The notes under the pieces are model-generated. The model made no database searches, had not been told where the DNA came from, and saw only the letters and a program-made list of their open reading frames with translations. Shown here piece after piece: positions 26,669-40,920 of a stretch of 64,000 nt of DNA; the stretch's first letter is position 1; each line of letters begins with the position of its first letter. A program made the translations under genes and the position numbers. The stretch comes from Dimorphilus gyrociliatus (Eukaryota > Animalia > Annelida): the NCBI GenBank assembly GCA_904063045.1, contig CAJFCJ010000008.1, positions 1,178,001 through 1,242,000 on the forward strand. The letters are read 5' to 3'.

Positions 26669-28070
26669 AAAGTGAACAGATAGAATACATTATACAAAAT
26701 ACTTTTTGATATGAATGAGCAAAAAGAAGATATGAATGAAAATTAATTATAATACAAAAAAACACACTTAAAAATGTTTAACAGCAAATTCTTTTGGTTT
26801 TACTACACCTACGCAAAAAAATGATAAGACAAATAGGTGCTATATATATATATATATATATTATAATATTATATAAGTGTATTATATTTCGCTCTCCTAG
26901 ATAAAAAAGTAAAAGTATGTTTATGAATGAGTATTATATACATATATATATATATATATATATAGATATATAATAAGAGAATTAATATCCCATACAGTAT
27001 ACCTATAATAACAAAGAGAATATTTATGTGTCTTTTCATTATCGTTAAATGCTTGTATTCATTCTAAATTATAATATATGATGTAAATATATAAAAATAG
27101 TTCGAAGGTCCCACTTAAACACTCTTTAGAATATTTTTAAATAACGTGATCAAAGAACTTTTCAAGTTAAATATTATGACATTCTACTAGTATGAATAAA
27201 TCACATATTGTCACCTAATTTTTAAGCACAAAATTTGTTTTAGATACACTCAATGAGTGTCTCTGTAGCTCTTTTATAATCTCAATATTCGATACACTGT
27301 AATATATATATAAATGCATATATATTGTTATTATTACTATTATTGCTAAGTTCAATTGGTCAGAAGTATAGCCTTTACACTGAGCTAGGTTTTTATAAAC
27401 ATAAGCTGAAAAATAGATAATTTGTTAATTTCTATAAAAATAATAAATAGTCATCAAGGGAGAATAATAGCTAAATTGCTTTATTCTGAATAGTTTTTTT
27501 AATTACAATTCCTGATAACAGAAAAATTTGGTTGTTCGTGACATTTTCATTTATTTTTAAGAGATAAATCTGTAGCTTCTCACAAAGTGATTCAAATAAT
27601 TCATTTTCAGACGTTACTGTGGATACGTCATTTTTCTTCTAAAGTCTATACTAATATCGTTTGAATGACATAAGTGTACTTTTATTAACAGATGGAGCTA
27701 CTTTACTGACAAATAGCTGGGAAGTCAGTGAACGATAAATTTTATGCATTAGAATCATCGTGTGATGTAAAAATATTGGAAATGTTTTTTTCAAATTGAC
27801 GCCATCTATCGTATTCAAGAGTATTGAATTGAGTTAATTACATTCCCACTTCAGTAGATTAGAGAAAATATTTCATAATTGTAATTTTTTTCAGGAAATA
27901 AATATTAAATAGTTTAACTTGTTGAAAAAAAATAATACCAAACTTTTTTATCTATACCGCATTAAAAATAAGAAACCTTACAAGACATATAATATGTACG
28001 TCCCTTTGCGTTGGCGTGCCACGCTTAATTAATACCTGACTGTTCCGTTTATATATGTTATAGTTCACAA

Positions 28071-28078
28071 TGACGTCA
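28071..28078. promoter_or_regulatory. Full CRE palindrome TGACGTCA
   Basis: Exact palindrome in a GC-enriched intergenic patch (27990-28140). A second copy lies at 24340-24347, upstream of tektin. Confidence 0.35.
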
Positions 28079-31078
28079 CAGTCATTTTTAATTGCAATAC
28101 AAAGATCTTATTTTTTCCCTTCCCTTCCGCAAAAACCACAAAGTAAGAGCTTGCACTATACATAAGTTTGGCCTAGGATTACTTTTGACAATTTGTCACA
28201 CGACAAGACTATAGGCAATAAGACAGATTGATATGCTTATTTAAAAGGATAGTAAATGCATCCCATTCATGTTACCATTTAGAAACCTCGACCTGACAAA
28301 TAGTTAGTAATAAAAGGGCCCTACTAGTGACAAATTGTTTTGAGCATGCACCCTAGTTTGGATTTACTCTAGAGACTATTAACTAAATAAGATATTTTTG
28401 GTTAATTTATGAATTTTCTCCCTGGAATTGTCAAGCAAAGCAACGAAGAGAGTCAACTAAGCTTTTCAAACTAGGAATAAATAAGAACTATATCATATTT
28501 TTTATATTATTAAATAAAAAAGAGAGTGTTCTAGTGCAAAATAAACCGTTTCTTTTGGAAATTTATTTGTTGAAAGCAAAATTTAAAAAGAAAAACATGT
28601 AAAAATAATTAACTTTAATGGATCTCCTCTATTCTAAAACAGAAAAAAGATAGCATGAAATGCAATATAATTTGATAATCCTTTAGGTAGATTTACAAGG
28701 TCTATAGCGTTTCTCAGTTTCAAAATGAAAAAAAAGATAAAAGCAATTGAAAATTGGTTGAACTGGAATCATATATCACTTTTGATATTAAATTTATTTA
28801 AATATGAGCAGCCAATTTTGTAACGATATATTCTTCCATTTCATTTTCTTAATGTAACTAGCATTTGTATATGCGCAGTGTATATAAAAAATTGTCTTTT
28901 GAATATTAATAATAGACTAAACTGCTAAAATATATCCTAAAATTAACGCTAAAGGACAATGTCCTCTTTTTTAAGAGAAAAAAAGCTTGTATAGTCGTAC
29001 CATCTTTAGTCTTTGTCGTGATAAAGTAAAGTGTTTTTCCCATCTTTCTACTCTCTTATACAGTATAACTGAAAATTATGACTTTTTTATTTTATTACTT
29101 AACCTCTATCCTAAAGGGAAAAAGAATATGTAGATTGCTGTATTCAAGTATTAAAATTTGATAGATAAAAGACACAAAAGGCTCCAGTTGAGTCTTACTG
29201 TTATGAAAAGAAATAAGGTTTGGTCTAACAAGATATTCTCCAATATTATTGGCATAATGTATAAAGTAAATCCTTATCCTCATAGACTATAGTTATTGAG
29301 ATGAAAATAAATTTGATAAACTAGTTCGATACTGAATTGCAAACACATTCATTTTATACACTTTGATTAGCAACACATGTTTTAATCACTCAGGACGCTG
29401 GTTGCTACTTGTAATTTAGTTAGACGAATTTAAAAAGCCATTTCTCTTCATCTCTTCGTCTTGTAGATCATTTTTCATTGAGAAGGAGTTTTCTTATGAT
29501 ATAGCACTAACAACTATTTTCTCATAATCCTTTTATAGAAAAGATCGAAGAACAAAGTAAAGAAGCAAATAATACTATGAGCTATTTAGTCTTTTAGCAA
29601 AGCCAAATAAACGGAATAAGAGATGAGAGAGTGAGCGAGAGAGAGAGAGAGAAGAGGAGAGAGGGTAAGATAGAGAGACAGAAAGAGAAGGAATATTGGG
29701 AATAAGATAGAGAGATAAAAAGAGAATCGAATAAAAACTAAATTTATAATGAAACATAAACGGCTCATTGTACTTCTGTTTGATTATTTTTATAAAGTCT
29801 AAATATTACAAATATGTAGGATTTCCTATATATAATATATTATTCTAACATGATAAATTTTATAATGAAGAATTTTACTTGGCACTTTGAATAATATAAT
29901 AAACCTAGTTAAAAATTTTGACTTTGATAAATATATAAATTATTCAATCTGAATTAAGAAGAAATTGGAATCCTTTTCCAATCTTCTATATATCTTTTAC
30001 AATTATTGTTTCAACATTTTAATACTTCATCTCACGTTTTGTACATAAATATGTGACAGAATTTGGTTAGGAATTGTTCACTATGTGATATCGTATCTTT
30101 CTGATATAAGAAATGATTAAATTTGTATTACTACTGTCTTTCTGTTTTATATTAAATCTTCTAAAAATCTACTAAATCTACTACCAACATCAGCCTTACT
30201 CTGCTAAATATTTATTCTAGGAAAATATTTCTATAAAAAGAATATTCTTTTAAGTTGAAATAATTACCTCCTATTTTGTTATTTTGTTCGGTATAACTCA
30301 TTAAAATATATATGACTAATCTTCCATAAAGTTGGCATTAATTTTTAAGAGACTAATTACCCCGTATGATGCTAACCAGAACTAGAAGAGACAATTCTAA
30401 AATTGGTTGAGTTTTTATTCAGAATAGTATGTTTTTGTTTCTTTATACGTTTAATGCAATAATAGAGAATATATATTAAATTCCTTGAATGTTATTTAAT
30501 AAATATCTTTTTCTAATCGAATTTCTTTTAACCCATAAAGTAATATGGTTACTTTTTTTTACCTTGAAATAATTGAAAAATATGCTTAGCGTTCTTTATT
30601 GAATATATCAATTATTCCTTTTCTGTTTGTATTATTCTTTATGGAAAAAGAGCGAGAATAGGAAAAAATCTACAGTCGCCTTGTGTTTGGTCGTTTTCGT
30701 GTTTTGAAATTGTAATATAGATATTAATTTTCTTACGGTAAAGTAACTGTGAATCAGGTTTTCTTTCTCTATAAAGAGTCATAAGAGATTATTTCATCTT
30801 ATTTACGGATCATAAAATGGCCTGGAAATCTTTCTCTAAAACTTGATATATCGGACCTTTAGGGTTTGACGTAATTGATCTCATTTTTTTGAAAAAAGGA
30901 TAACATTCCATCTTAGTCTTTTCTTCTCATTTTAAGATCGATCTTAAGACTTTTGTGTTTAATTTCTTTGAAAAAAAGGTTTTTATAATGCCAGCTGTTT
31001 TTTTTTTGTTATTTTCTAATGTGTAAGATTGGAACGTGTGCAAAAAAAATTACAGAGACAACAAGAAGCTTCAATAAA

Positions 31079-34000
31079 TCACATTACAGAACATTTATTA
31101 TGAGCAGCTGATTCAAAAGATCCACCATGAGCCTTCCTCGCCTGCATCAGCAGTAAATCCGTTCGAATAGATGGCCTCCTAGCATTGGGCGTTACTGCCC
31201 CACAAGCGTCACTCATGCGACGTCTCATAGTCATTCGCCGCCGGAATGAATCTTTACAGCTGTCGTCCTCACTATCGCTGCTTTGTGATCGACGAAACCC
31301 AATAAAAGAGGGAGCCACCTTTCTATGGAGATTGGGAGACATTTCTGTGGGTAGTTTTGCCAGCATAAAAAGTTTGACAAATATTTCTTCAACGTTTATA
31401 TTTATTTTAGCAGAAGCTTCAACATTGGCACAGCCTGGAAAAAGATTAGCCAGTTCTCGAGCTTCATCTTCTCCTATTTCTCTTTCGTCCTGTTCACATT
31501 TGTTTCCAACAAAGACCATCGGAATAACAGAGCTTTTACTTTTACCCTGCCCAAGACGACCAACCTGTTGGGAAAAGAGATTTACTATTCCCTAAATTTG
31601 AAATTCCATTTTCTGCATGCTAAATACTATTAGGTAGACACCTGTCACATATCCAAATATTTGATTGAAAAGATACACTACACTTCCCCTTGTAAATACA
31701 TTATATTGGTTTCTTGTTTACATTAGCTATTTTATTCCTCGCAGTAAATAAACTTTTGCAAACAATAAATTGGTAAATTTTCACGTTTACTGATGTTCTA
31801 AGCTGTAATTAATAACGTCTACGCCATTGTCAATATACAATATTATAGAGCTTATAAGATACAGTTCTAAGAAATAAAATCGGTGATAATATTAAAAATA
31901 AGTGCCTCAGTAGATCCAGAGCTTTTTTCTATACAGAAGATCATGAACAATAAGATTTTGTACCTAAAAAGTAACAGGTATTGCTTTGTGTTTCATCTTA
32001 GAATGTAAAAAAAAAGGATTATATTTAGAATTAAATAGAAGTTTTCTCTCCTTTTCGTTAAATCTTTTCCACTTATCAATCTTTTTATTTGCTACTCTCT
32101 CTCTCTCTCTCTTACCGCCTACTCCCATTATTTTGTCTTTTTTCACTTTTTTAAAACCTTATTTACTATAGACCACTTTTTTTTACAATTCTTATTTATA
32201 GCTATTTCTTTTTTATAGTTTACATAGAAGAAGATTTAAGTAAGAAATGATGTCGTTCCGTAAAACTTCATCAATTTAGCATATATATGAGTCTTTTTTC
32301 AGAATATACTAATTTCTGTTTACGATATAGAAATTACACTTGTTTTTAACAAGATTCCCTGTCAAGTTACACCTGACAAACTTTCTACACTTAAGTTTAA
32401 AGCAGACCCTTGCAAAGCGCTTATTTTACTATTTTGTTGAAGTCTGTTCCAATTTCAAGTTTTTTGTTAAACTATATGCTTCTCCCCTAGCAAAAATACA
32501 AAAATATTGCAGTTGTATGAAAAATAGTTTTGCTACAACATATAACGCGCTGCGTTTGGGATAGGATATAACTAAAGATACCAAATCTTTACGCTTCGAA
32601 CGTGACTATATGAGTTCGACGGACTCTAACTGACAGCTAGGAATGGATGATTCTAAATAAAATAATTGCTATTGAACTTTCTTTTTTCAATACAAACATG
32701 TAGTAATTTACGATTGAGTGATAATCGTGTTACCCGAATTGAAAGAAGACAACTTGTATAGATAAACATAGGGTAGGTAGAATACACAAGATTTCTATAT
32801 ACTGAATATATGTTTACATGTATAAGTACATATAAATTATATATATATAAATTTATATTCAGTATTCATAATTTTAAGAGTGTATCAAGGCTTTTAAAAG
32901 ATCAATCTTCTCTAATATCATCACTCATTTTTGAAGGAATTATAAAAAATTTCCTATCTAAGCAGTAATTTCATATTGTAAACTGTAAAGTATTAGAAAT
33001 TTTCTCTTTATTTAAAAACTCTAAAAAGACAAATTAATGATCATTTTACATGCCTTTATCCATATGACAGCTAATCTCTTTCGAATAGTGAAATAATAAA
33101 GGATAAATAAACTATTAAGATTTAGGCTACGTCAATTCTAAAATTTAATTATCGTTTAATTATCATTTCCAGTTCGAAAGAGGCTGTTTTATCCTTCAAA
33201 ATACAGTTATGGTTGTTTTTTCTGAATTTCTTTGAAATTACAACAGAGTAACAAAAGTTTCTAGTTATGTGAGATTATTACATTTTGTTTGAAGGCTTTC
33301 ATTTAAAAAAGAGAATACAACTTTTGATATATGACTTGTTTTGTTATTTATAAAAGAAATTATATCTCATAAACAATACTTACACAAAAAGAAACTCTAA
33401 AGCTTTAGCCGCTATTAATATAGTGTTTTTTTTTCGAAAACTCGACTATCTCCTCCCCCCAACTGTAAATCTAAGCAGGAGTCTTCCACTTTCCTATTAA
33501 GGGCTGTTGTATTTTCAAAAAGAAATCTAGCACAATTTGTCTATATTATTTTGTTATTATTTTGTTTCTTTTATTTAATCAGCTAAAAATTTATAAACAG
33601 GAAGAGAAGATAAGGTTTTTGATAATTTATATATGTTTTTTATCTCTAAATATTTTTTTTTATTTCACCTTCTATTTAGGTAAAAACATTTAAAAAAAAG
33701 AAATCATTTTATGATGAGCTTATTTATCACTCTTATTTTTAATGGCTGTAGAAAGAAGAGGCGCATTTTTCAGCTTTTAATCTCAAGAATCCATGCTGAT
33801 AGTAAACTCATTAATTATCTTTAACTAGCATATATCTATATATATATATATATGTGTGTGTATATAGTATATATTCTGTATAGATAAAATTACTGCTATA
33901 AATAGTCATAATAATTCATAGTGCAAAAGCTTTGTATACTAAATATGTACTTTAATTTTGAAAATGAGTAATTATCAATGAAAATGTCGCATAGTAGATA

Positions 34001-34164
34001 ATATACTGTATGATATTTGTAAGATCTTGTTTATCTGAAGAGAAGAAGCCCGATTTGTTAATAAAATATCTATAGAGGATTACTGTAGTTGATGAAATAT
34101 CGGCTATGTTTACAACAACCGAATATGTAACGAACTTGCCAACGTAAGACACACTAATATATTC

Positions 34165-34205
<41 letters not shown>

Positions 34206-37200
34206 TATATAAATTTATATAAACTGCATATATACTGTATATACTCTATATGTATATAAATAAGCTTCAATAAATAGTTTATTATATAAAGTAAAAGTTT
34301 TTGGCGAAAAAGCTCTAATGTGCTATTAGAGTAAATAGACAGAGAAAGAAATCTTCTTCTAAATATATCACTTTTTATATATTTACTTGTAGTGTAAATT
34401 CTTAATAAGTGGCGTATATATGACGCTTCAGGTGCACTTATAGTGACGTTTAGTAACGTCAGCTAAATATAATGTTGAAGTTTTTTTTGTTTAAAAAAAA
34501 GAGCTATTTTCTGCTTTTGTAATAAAAGAGACTCCCTATCTTTCATTCGTCATTTTTAATTGCCTATTATTAATTTATAACAGATCTACCTTATGGAAAT
34601 GATAAATGGGAAAAACTGTAAAAATGAGCATTCGTTATACTAATGTTAACAAACACAATACAAAGGTTTACTTATTTTTTGGCTTCTCTTTGACTATTTC
34701 AAAATTTAAATATCATTTCCTTTAGATAGAAAAGGATTAAGAAACTATAAAAGAGAGAAAGAGAGAGAGAGAAAGAGAAACACATACGGAATTATCTAAT
34801 TATTTATTGCACTTGATGGAATAAGGTCAACTGTAAACTGTTGACCACTGAAGAGATATCGAATGGTTAGAAGTAAAGTATTTCTTCATAGCTAGTAGAT
34901 TAATAAATCGAATGTAGGTTAGTTAAATCAAATAATTCCAGTAGAGTAATCTTTAGCAAATGAACTTTCGCTTCAATCCTTTTAGATTATTTTTGTTAAA
35001 TATTTTACTAATTCCATGATTTTTTTCTAATGAATGAATGAAAATTGCCTTTTAAATATGTATAGTTGGTGGAAAACTCTCGGTAGACGATGTTTCTCTA
35101 TACTTTCTTTTAAAAGTTTTCCATTGGAAAAAGCATGTAAATGGGATAATAATTAAAAAATGTTTAGGATTACATATTACACTTTATTCTAAAGTCTCTT
35201 TGCTCTTCAAAATGGATTAGGATGTTAATGACGGCTTATTTAAATAAATTATTATTTATGCAAAATATTTTATCTACTAAAGCTATTCAGTAAATATGTC
35301 AAAAATTGCAAAAAAAAGAGTCAATGGCGTAAGTGACACATGCTTACTCAGCTAATTTACTTTGATTTTATCAGATGAAAGCGCGGCTAGTTCGATTACT
35401 CTAATATATCACTCTATATGTCTACAAAAGACTATACATTTAATCAATCGACTACTAACCTTACTTTCCAATATCTGCTTTTGCAGTTGCTTCACTTCTT
35501 CGAACGTCTCCCTTTGATCAAGAGCGTAAACAAGCACGAACAGGTCTCCTGGAAAATGTCGTTAAATGTCAATTTTTTAGTGCTAGAACTGGAATGGAGC
35601 AAAAACTTTTACTTAATTTCTATTAGTTCTTTCTATATAACCTTATCAAATTAATTGCCGTTCATCATTTGTTCACCAATAAATGGTATGCGTGAGAAAT
35701 TTCTAACTAATTAGTTAAAATGCTACAAATGTACAAGGTCTATAATATCAAATTAAGAAAAACAAACTCTTGCCAAGTGACATTTTTCGCTTTTTTCTCT
35801 ACGACTGTATATAGGGTAGATCCTATAACCCTAACCGTGATAATGGGGTCGTTTCTATAGGGACCTTTAATAGTAACGTTGAAGGAATCATTATTTTGTT
35901 TATTTAATCTTTACTACTAATGCCTTGTATCAAATATTCATAAAACGTTTGGCTAGCCTACTGCAAATTGTAAAATTATACATTTTTTCATAATTTTACA
36001 CCTACTATATTTCGTAAGTGAAAATAGACTACTTTCCTCAATGGGCATTACCTTTATAGCCTTCATAGGTCAGATTTTAAAAATATATAATTTCAAAAAT
36101 CCTCTTTTCACATATATACTAAAATAAAAATTTGGTTTTTACATGATGTAACTTAGAACAATCTCTGTTGACATGCTAATTAAACTTGCAGTTAAAGAAT
36201 AATTTTTTAAGCAGAATTACTTATAAGTCCATTTTCTCATCGGCCAAATGGTAATATATAATTGATATAGAAAGTTGAAACAATTATTTTATTTGTGTTA
36301 TTAGTTCTTTAAACGGGAATTTGAGGAAAAGATAGGCAGAGATAGATTGATAAAAATAATGTGAGAGAAAGGAGTGAAGCAAAAAAGATCAGTGGCAAAA
36401 TGAGAGAAAAGGGTAGGAAAGACTTATAGACAGTGAAGGAGAGACACAGATATTGTCTGACATATTTCCTATCTCCATGTATATATTTTATATAACGAAT
36501 TATTCCACTCTTTTTATGGTCAATTTTTAATCTTTTGTAAATGTGTAAGTGTTAAAATATAACTTATTCTTCGTTTACTTTTGATATCTCTCACATTTTA
36601 TTGTTTAAAGAGATAATTTCCAAATGCATATTTTAATAGCATGTCTGTCTGGCAAAGATATTATTTGTATAGAAGCATATGTGTACATGTGTTAATGAAT
36701 GATTAATCGTTTTTATTAAACTTTCATAGTAACTATTTTGTTTTCTTCCTTAATACGTGTATCATTTCTTTTTATTATTTAGTTAATGCTATAACTTCCT
36801 TTTAAACTCCTTACCTGTTAGTAAACTTAATCTTCTCATAGCCGGAAAAGGATGGTTACCAGATGTATCTAAAATATCCAATCTATAAGCTTCACCCCTG
36901 ATCCTGTAAATTTTCGAATGGAAATCTTCTATCGTTGGAGTATAGCTATCTTCGAATTTTCCATGTAAAAATCTTTGAACTAATGATGTTTTCCCAACCC
37001 TAGCAGATCCGACCACGACCAATCTTCTGCAGTTTTTTGCGGGTATTGTATCTGGTTCGTCAACAGATGCTGAACTTCTACCGAGTAATCCTATTCGATC
37101 AGCTCGACACCTTTTAAATGGCGAATTAGGGGCAGAATGAATAGCCATTCTGTAAAAACAGAGAAAAACATCCATTATAATACTAGTAAATAAATTATTT

Positions 37201-40200
37201 GGTCTTATATGATATAAAAGCAATAAAATCTAGTGGATTTTATTATACAATTAGAGAAGTATTGATAACTAGTCGGAATCTGTCTTGCAAGGAATATAGA
37301 GCATTTTAAGAGAAAATGAAATATATGACAATAAGACTTAAAGTATGGAAAAGGGAAGTTGACATGGCATTATTACACGCTTGTTTTCCTTTTTATTCCA
37401 ACCGCTAAATTAGAATAGATTTATCTAACATATATAGAAGACAAATCAATAAATTTTTATTCAACTATAAACAACCTAAATATATATTTATATTATTTAA
37501 GGGAAAGAGAAGACAAATGAAGAAGATAATGAAAGGATAAAATCAAAGAAGCGTTTCAAAACATTTCAAATTCTTTATAAATATTCAAATATATTAATAT
37601 ACTGCGTTAGATTATCCGTTCTTTTATCTTTTTCTTCAGCAATCATGACATTAAAAAACTCGTTGAAAGAAATGACAAAAAAAACACAAACTGCGTGGGT
37701 TAAAATTGTTTGGATATGTTTGTGCAACGTCTGCGAATAATAATTTCTTTGAGAATCGTTGATTAAATATGAAGTTTATGACTGTGAATAATTATAAAGG
37801 GTTGAGTATGGTTAATTATTAGTTGTTCTTTCTGAAAAAACAGAAAAAACAGGAAAAAAATCTATGGAAAATAAAGGTCTGTCCCATCATTACGCATCTA
37901 CAGTATATTTTAAGTTCTATGATTCGTTAAGGACATACAAAATGCTTAGATACATTTTGAGAATGTAAAAACATCCATTACCACAAATTTAAAAGTGCAA
38001 AACCCTGAAAGTATCCTTTTGTGGTAAATGTTTCTACTATTAGCCAAACTAGCATTAGTTGTCACCAGCGAAAATTCTCAAGGGTAAAATATATTCATTT
38101 ACATACATCAACTGAACTTTTTCATTTTTCACTTCATAATATATTGTATCATTCATCGATTTCCCTGTTTACTTTTCCCACTCATCCAATCAAAATAAGA
38201 AACAATGTTTCAATGGATCCTCTTTCCATTTAAATATATAGCTCAATTTGCATAATTTATTCATGTCATTTATTTAATCTCTATCTTATTTAAGAAGATA
38301 AACACACTATTAAAAAATTAATATCCAATTCAGAATGATAAGAGGAAGTTTGCATCTGTCTCTTAAGCTGATTATCTCAAATAAATGCTTGTTTACAAGT
38401 ATTCGTACAACGATTGATTGTTATCGATTATAAATGTATTTCTAAATTTTACTAATTAGAAGTTAATATTTCATGCATTTTGTACAGTCTAAAGGAACCG
38501 GAAATAATTTTTGTTAATGTAATGGAAATATAAACAATTACGTTAAAAGTTCATTTCAAAATTTAAAGAAACTGATTTTATTAATGTCGGTAGTATTATT
38601 TTACACAGGAAAGAAAAAATATAAAGAAAGATTGTAAATGGCTTAAAACTAGGATAAAACGTTATTCAATTTACGTCATATTGTATGACGTATTCGATTT
38701 ATGACATATTTATATAAGTATGCTTTATATATATCTAGATATATTTTACACATTTACATGCATTTCTACATGAAAAGCAAAATAATGAATTAGAATAGAT
38801 AGTTTTCTATTTATATAAGTAGTGTAAGATAGTTTATTTTTTAAAGTATGACTATTATTAGACATTAAGGAGACTTGCGTCTTTTTATACATTACAAATT
38901 TGTGGTGAATACAAAATATATTGTATGTACTATATTTATAAATTTACAACATATACTGTATTTTTAATATGCTAATTGCTTTCGTTAAATATATTTTAAA
39001 ATGTTAAAGATATGAAAACAATATATTAAAAATTCATGTTTCTAAACGAACGCAGCAGATAGCAAATCTATTACTATGACTTTCAATAAACTTTGCAAAA
39101 GAATTCACTTAATAGCATTTTATAGTATTGATACTCTCTTTCCAATAATAAGAAAGTAGGAAAATAATTAGAGATAAATGATAGAAAAATGAATACTCCT
39201 TGTATTTGATATTATTAATAAATGCTTTCGTTTTTAAAGATGAAATTTGAAAGATATATAAAATATACAAATATATACAGTTGTATATAGGTACTTATAA
39301 TTATATAAAAAAAGACAATTAGAGACAGATAGCAGTTAAGAAAACCAATAAACGGGAGAGAAAATTCCTCTGAATTTTTCTCAAGGTTATATTAATTAGG
39401 TAATAAATGAATCAAATTTCCTGAAAAGAAGCAATTTTAAGTTACGGGGAGAGGAAAGAGCGATATTTTCTCTCTAGGGTTCTGTATTGACCAAAATATC
39501 AAATAGAACGCTGATGAAATGCCAACAAAATCACATTCTATCCGGAATTTTATAGTTTTTACTCGTTTCTTTTGAAAGTCTATTATAATGTCTTGAAATT
39601 CACTGAGTTAAATGAGAAATATTTGTGGTAATCATAGATGAATAAGAAAGAAACTTGTTTTTATTCACTTTATTTATCATTAAGAAAATGAAAGAAAACA
39701 AGGGAAAAAAGCCTTTTAGGTTAAAGCGAATTTATTTTTATCTTCTTTCTATCCTCACTCCAATTTCTCACTCTTCTTGTACTTTTACCTTTTTTCTATT
39801 AATCGATTTATACTTAATTAGAATAAATTCATCGTTTTCAACTACAACGTAAATGTTTACTAACAGCAGTCTTATTTAAAGACACCAAGTTTGTTTTTCA
39901 AGGCGAATCTTTGTGTGAAAAAGAAAAAAAAAACAAAGCAAAATATCTAACGGCATAAATTTTTAGGTCGTTAAAAGAGTGATGATAGAGAAAAACCTTT
40001 TTAGCAGGTAAACACAAACTTAAGTGACTTTGAACGATTTTTTTTAAAGATGATTCTACTGGAATGAAATTAACGGTGATGAAAATATTTCAAGACTAAC
40101 CGTACAATATTTAATTGGCGTATTATTGATTAGAAGATAATATTGAAATGCACAAATAGACCTAGAACTAAACGATCCTCTTTATACACCTTGATTAAAT

Positions 40201-40920
40201 AAACAAAAGGGTTTACTAATGATTAAAATTACAGGTGTAAAGGAAGTAATTATTCAATTTTATCACCAAGAAATTAGCATAGAAGTCACTAAATTGAGCC
40301 TTTGTGTTAAGAAAACACCAACAATTATTTGTAATTTTTCCTTTGATATCAGTCTCTTTACTCAGAATATTTTTAATAATAATAAAAGTATTATTTAAGA
40401 AATAAAGAATAAACAAAAGAAAAAGATCTAGTTCTGTTTAGAAAAGGAGATAATTCTATTGTCTATTAAAGACAAAACGTTCTGTCAAATCTTAGGTCGT
40501 GATTTGTATAAAACATGCGAAAAGAAAAAAATATATCTAACTAATCTATTTATTTCTTTGCTCATATAATCGACCTATAAAACTAGCAATGATTAAACAA
40601 TAACGAATCTTACAGCGTACAGGGAGAACAAATTTAAAAATTTTGCAGTTTAAAAATTCTTATCACAAATGAGGAAAGTATGGAAATGATGAAAGTAACA
40701 TTTTATACTCATTCTATTTTCGATATTCTGATGTAAACATAGAAACAGAAACTGACCTTGAATAAAGCTTTCCGTCGGTCTTATTACTGCTGCAATTTCT
40801 AAGCACTATTTTCAGTATTTCAATTAAAAAACCAGAGAAGAATGAGCGACAGCAATCTTCCGACCTGCTCTCTCCAGTAAAATCGTCCAAATGACTATTT
40901 GCAGTGACACCTGCTGTCAT
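31079..40920 (-). CDS. RASD: Rhes/Dexras (RASD)-type Ras-family GTPase with N-terminal extension, about 357 aa
   Basis: Exons 40920-40757, 37149-36815, 35548-35460 and 31564-31079 total 1074 nt in frame. Motifs GSARVGKT, YTPTIEDFH, LDILDTSGNHPFPAMRRLS, GDLFVLVY, GNKCE, EASAK, RRPSIRTDL and CaaX CSVM. The first exon is less certain than the GTPase core. Confidence 0.9.

Noticed and set aside
31185-31595. 136-aa plus-strand ORF
   Set aside because: Antisense shadow of the last RASD exon. The same applies to 17949-18140, 18363-18545, 50521-50724 and 51128-51310 over other genes.
32611-32626. GAGTTCGACGGACTC resembling a tRNA T-arm
   Set aside because: No acceptor stem, D-arm or anticodon arm around it.
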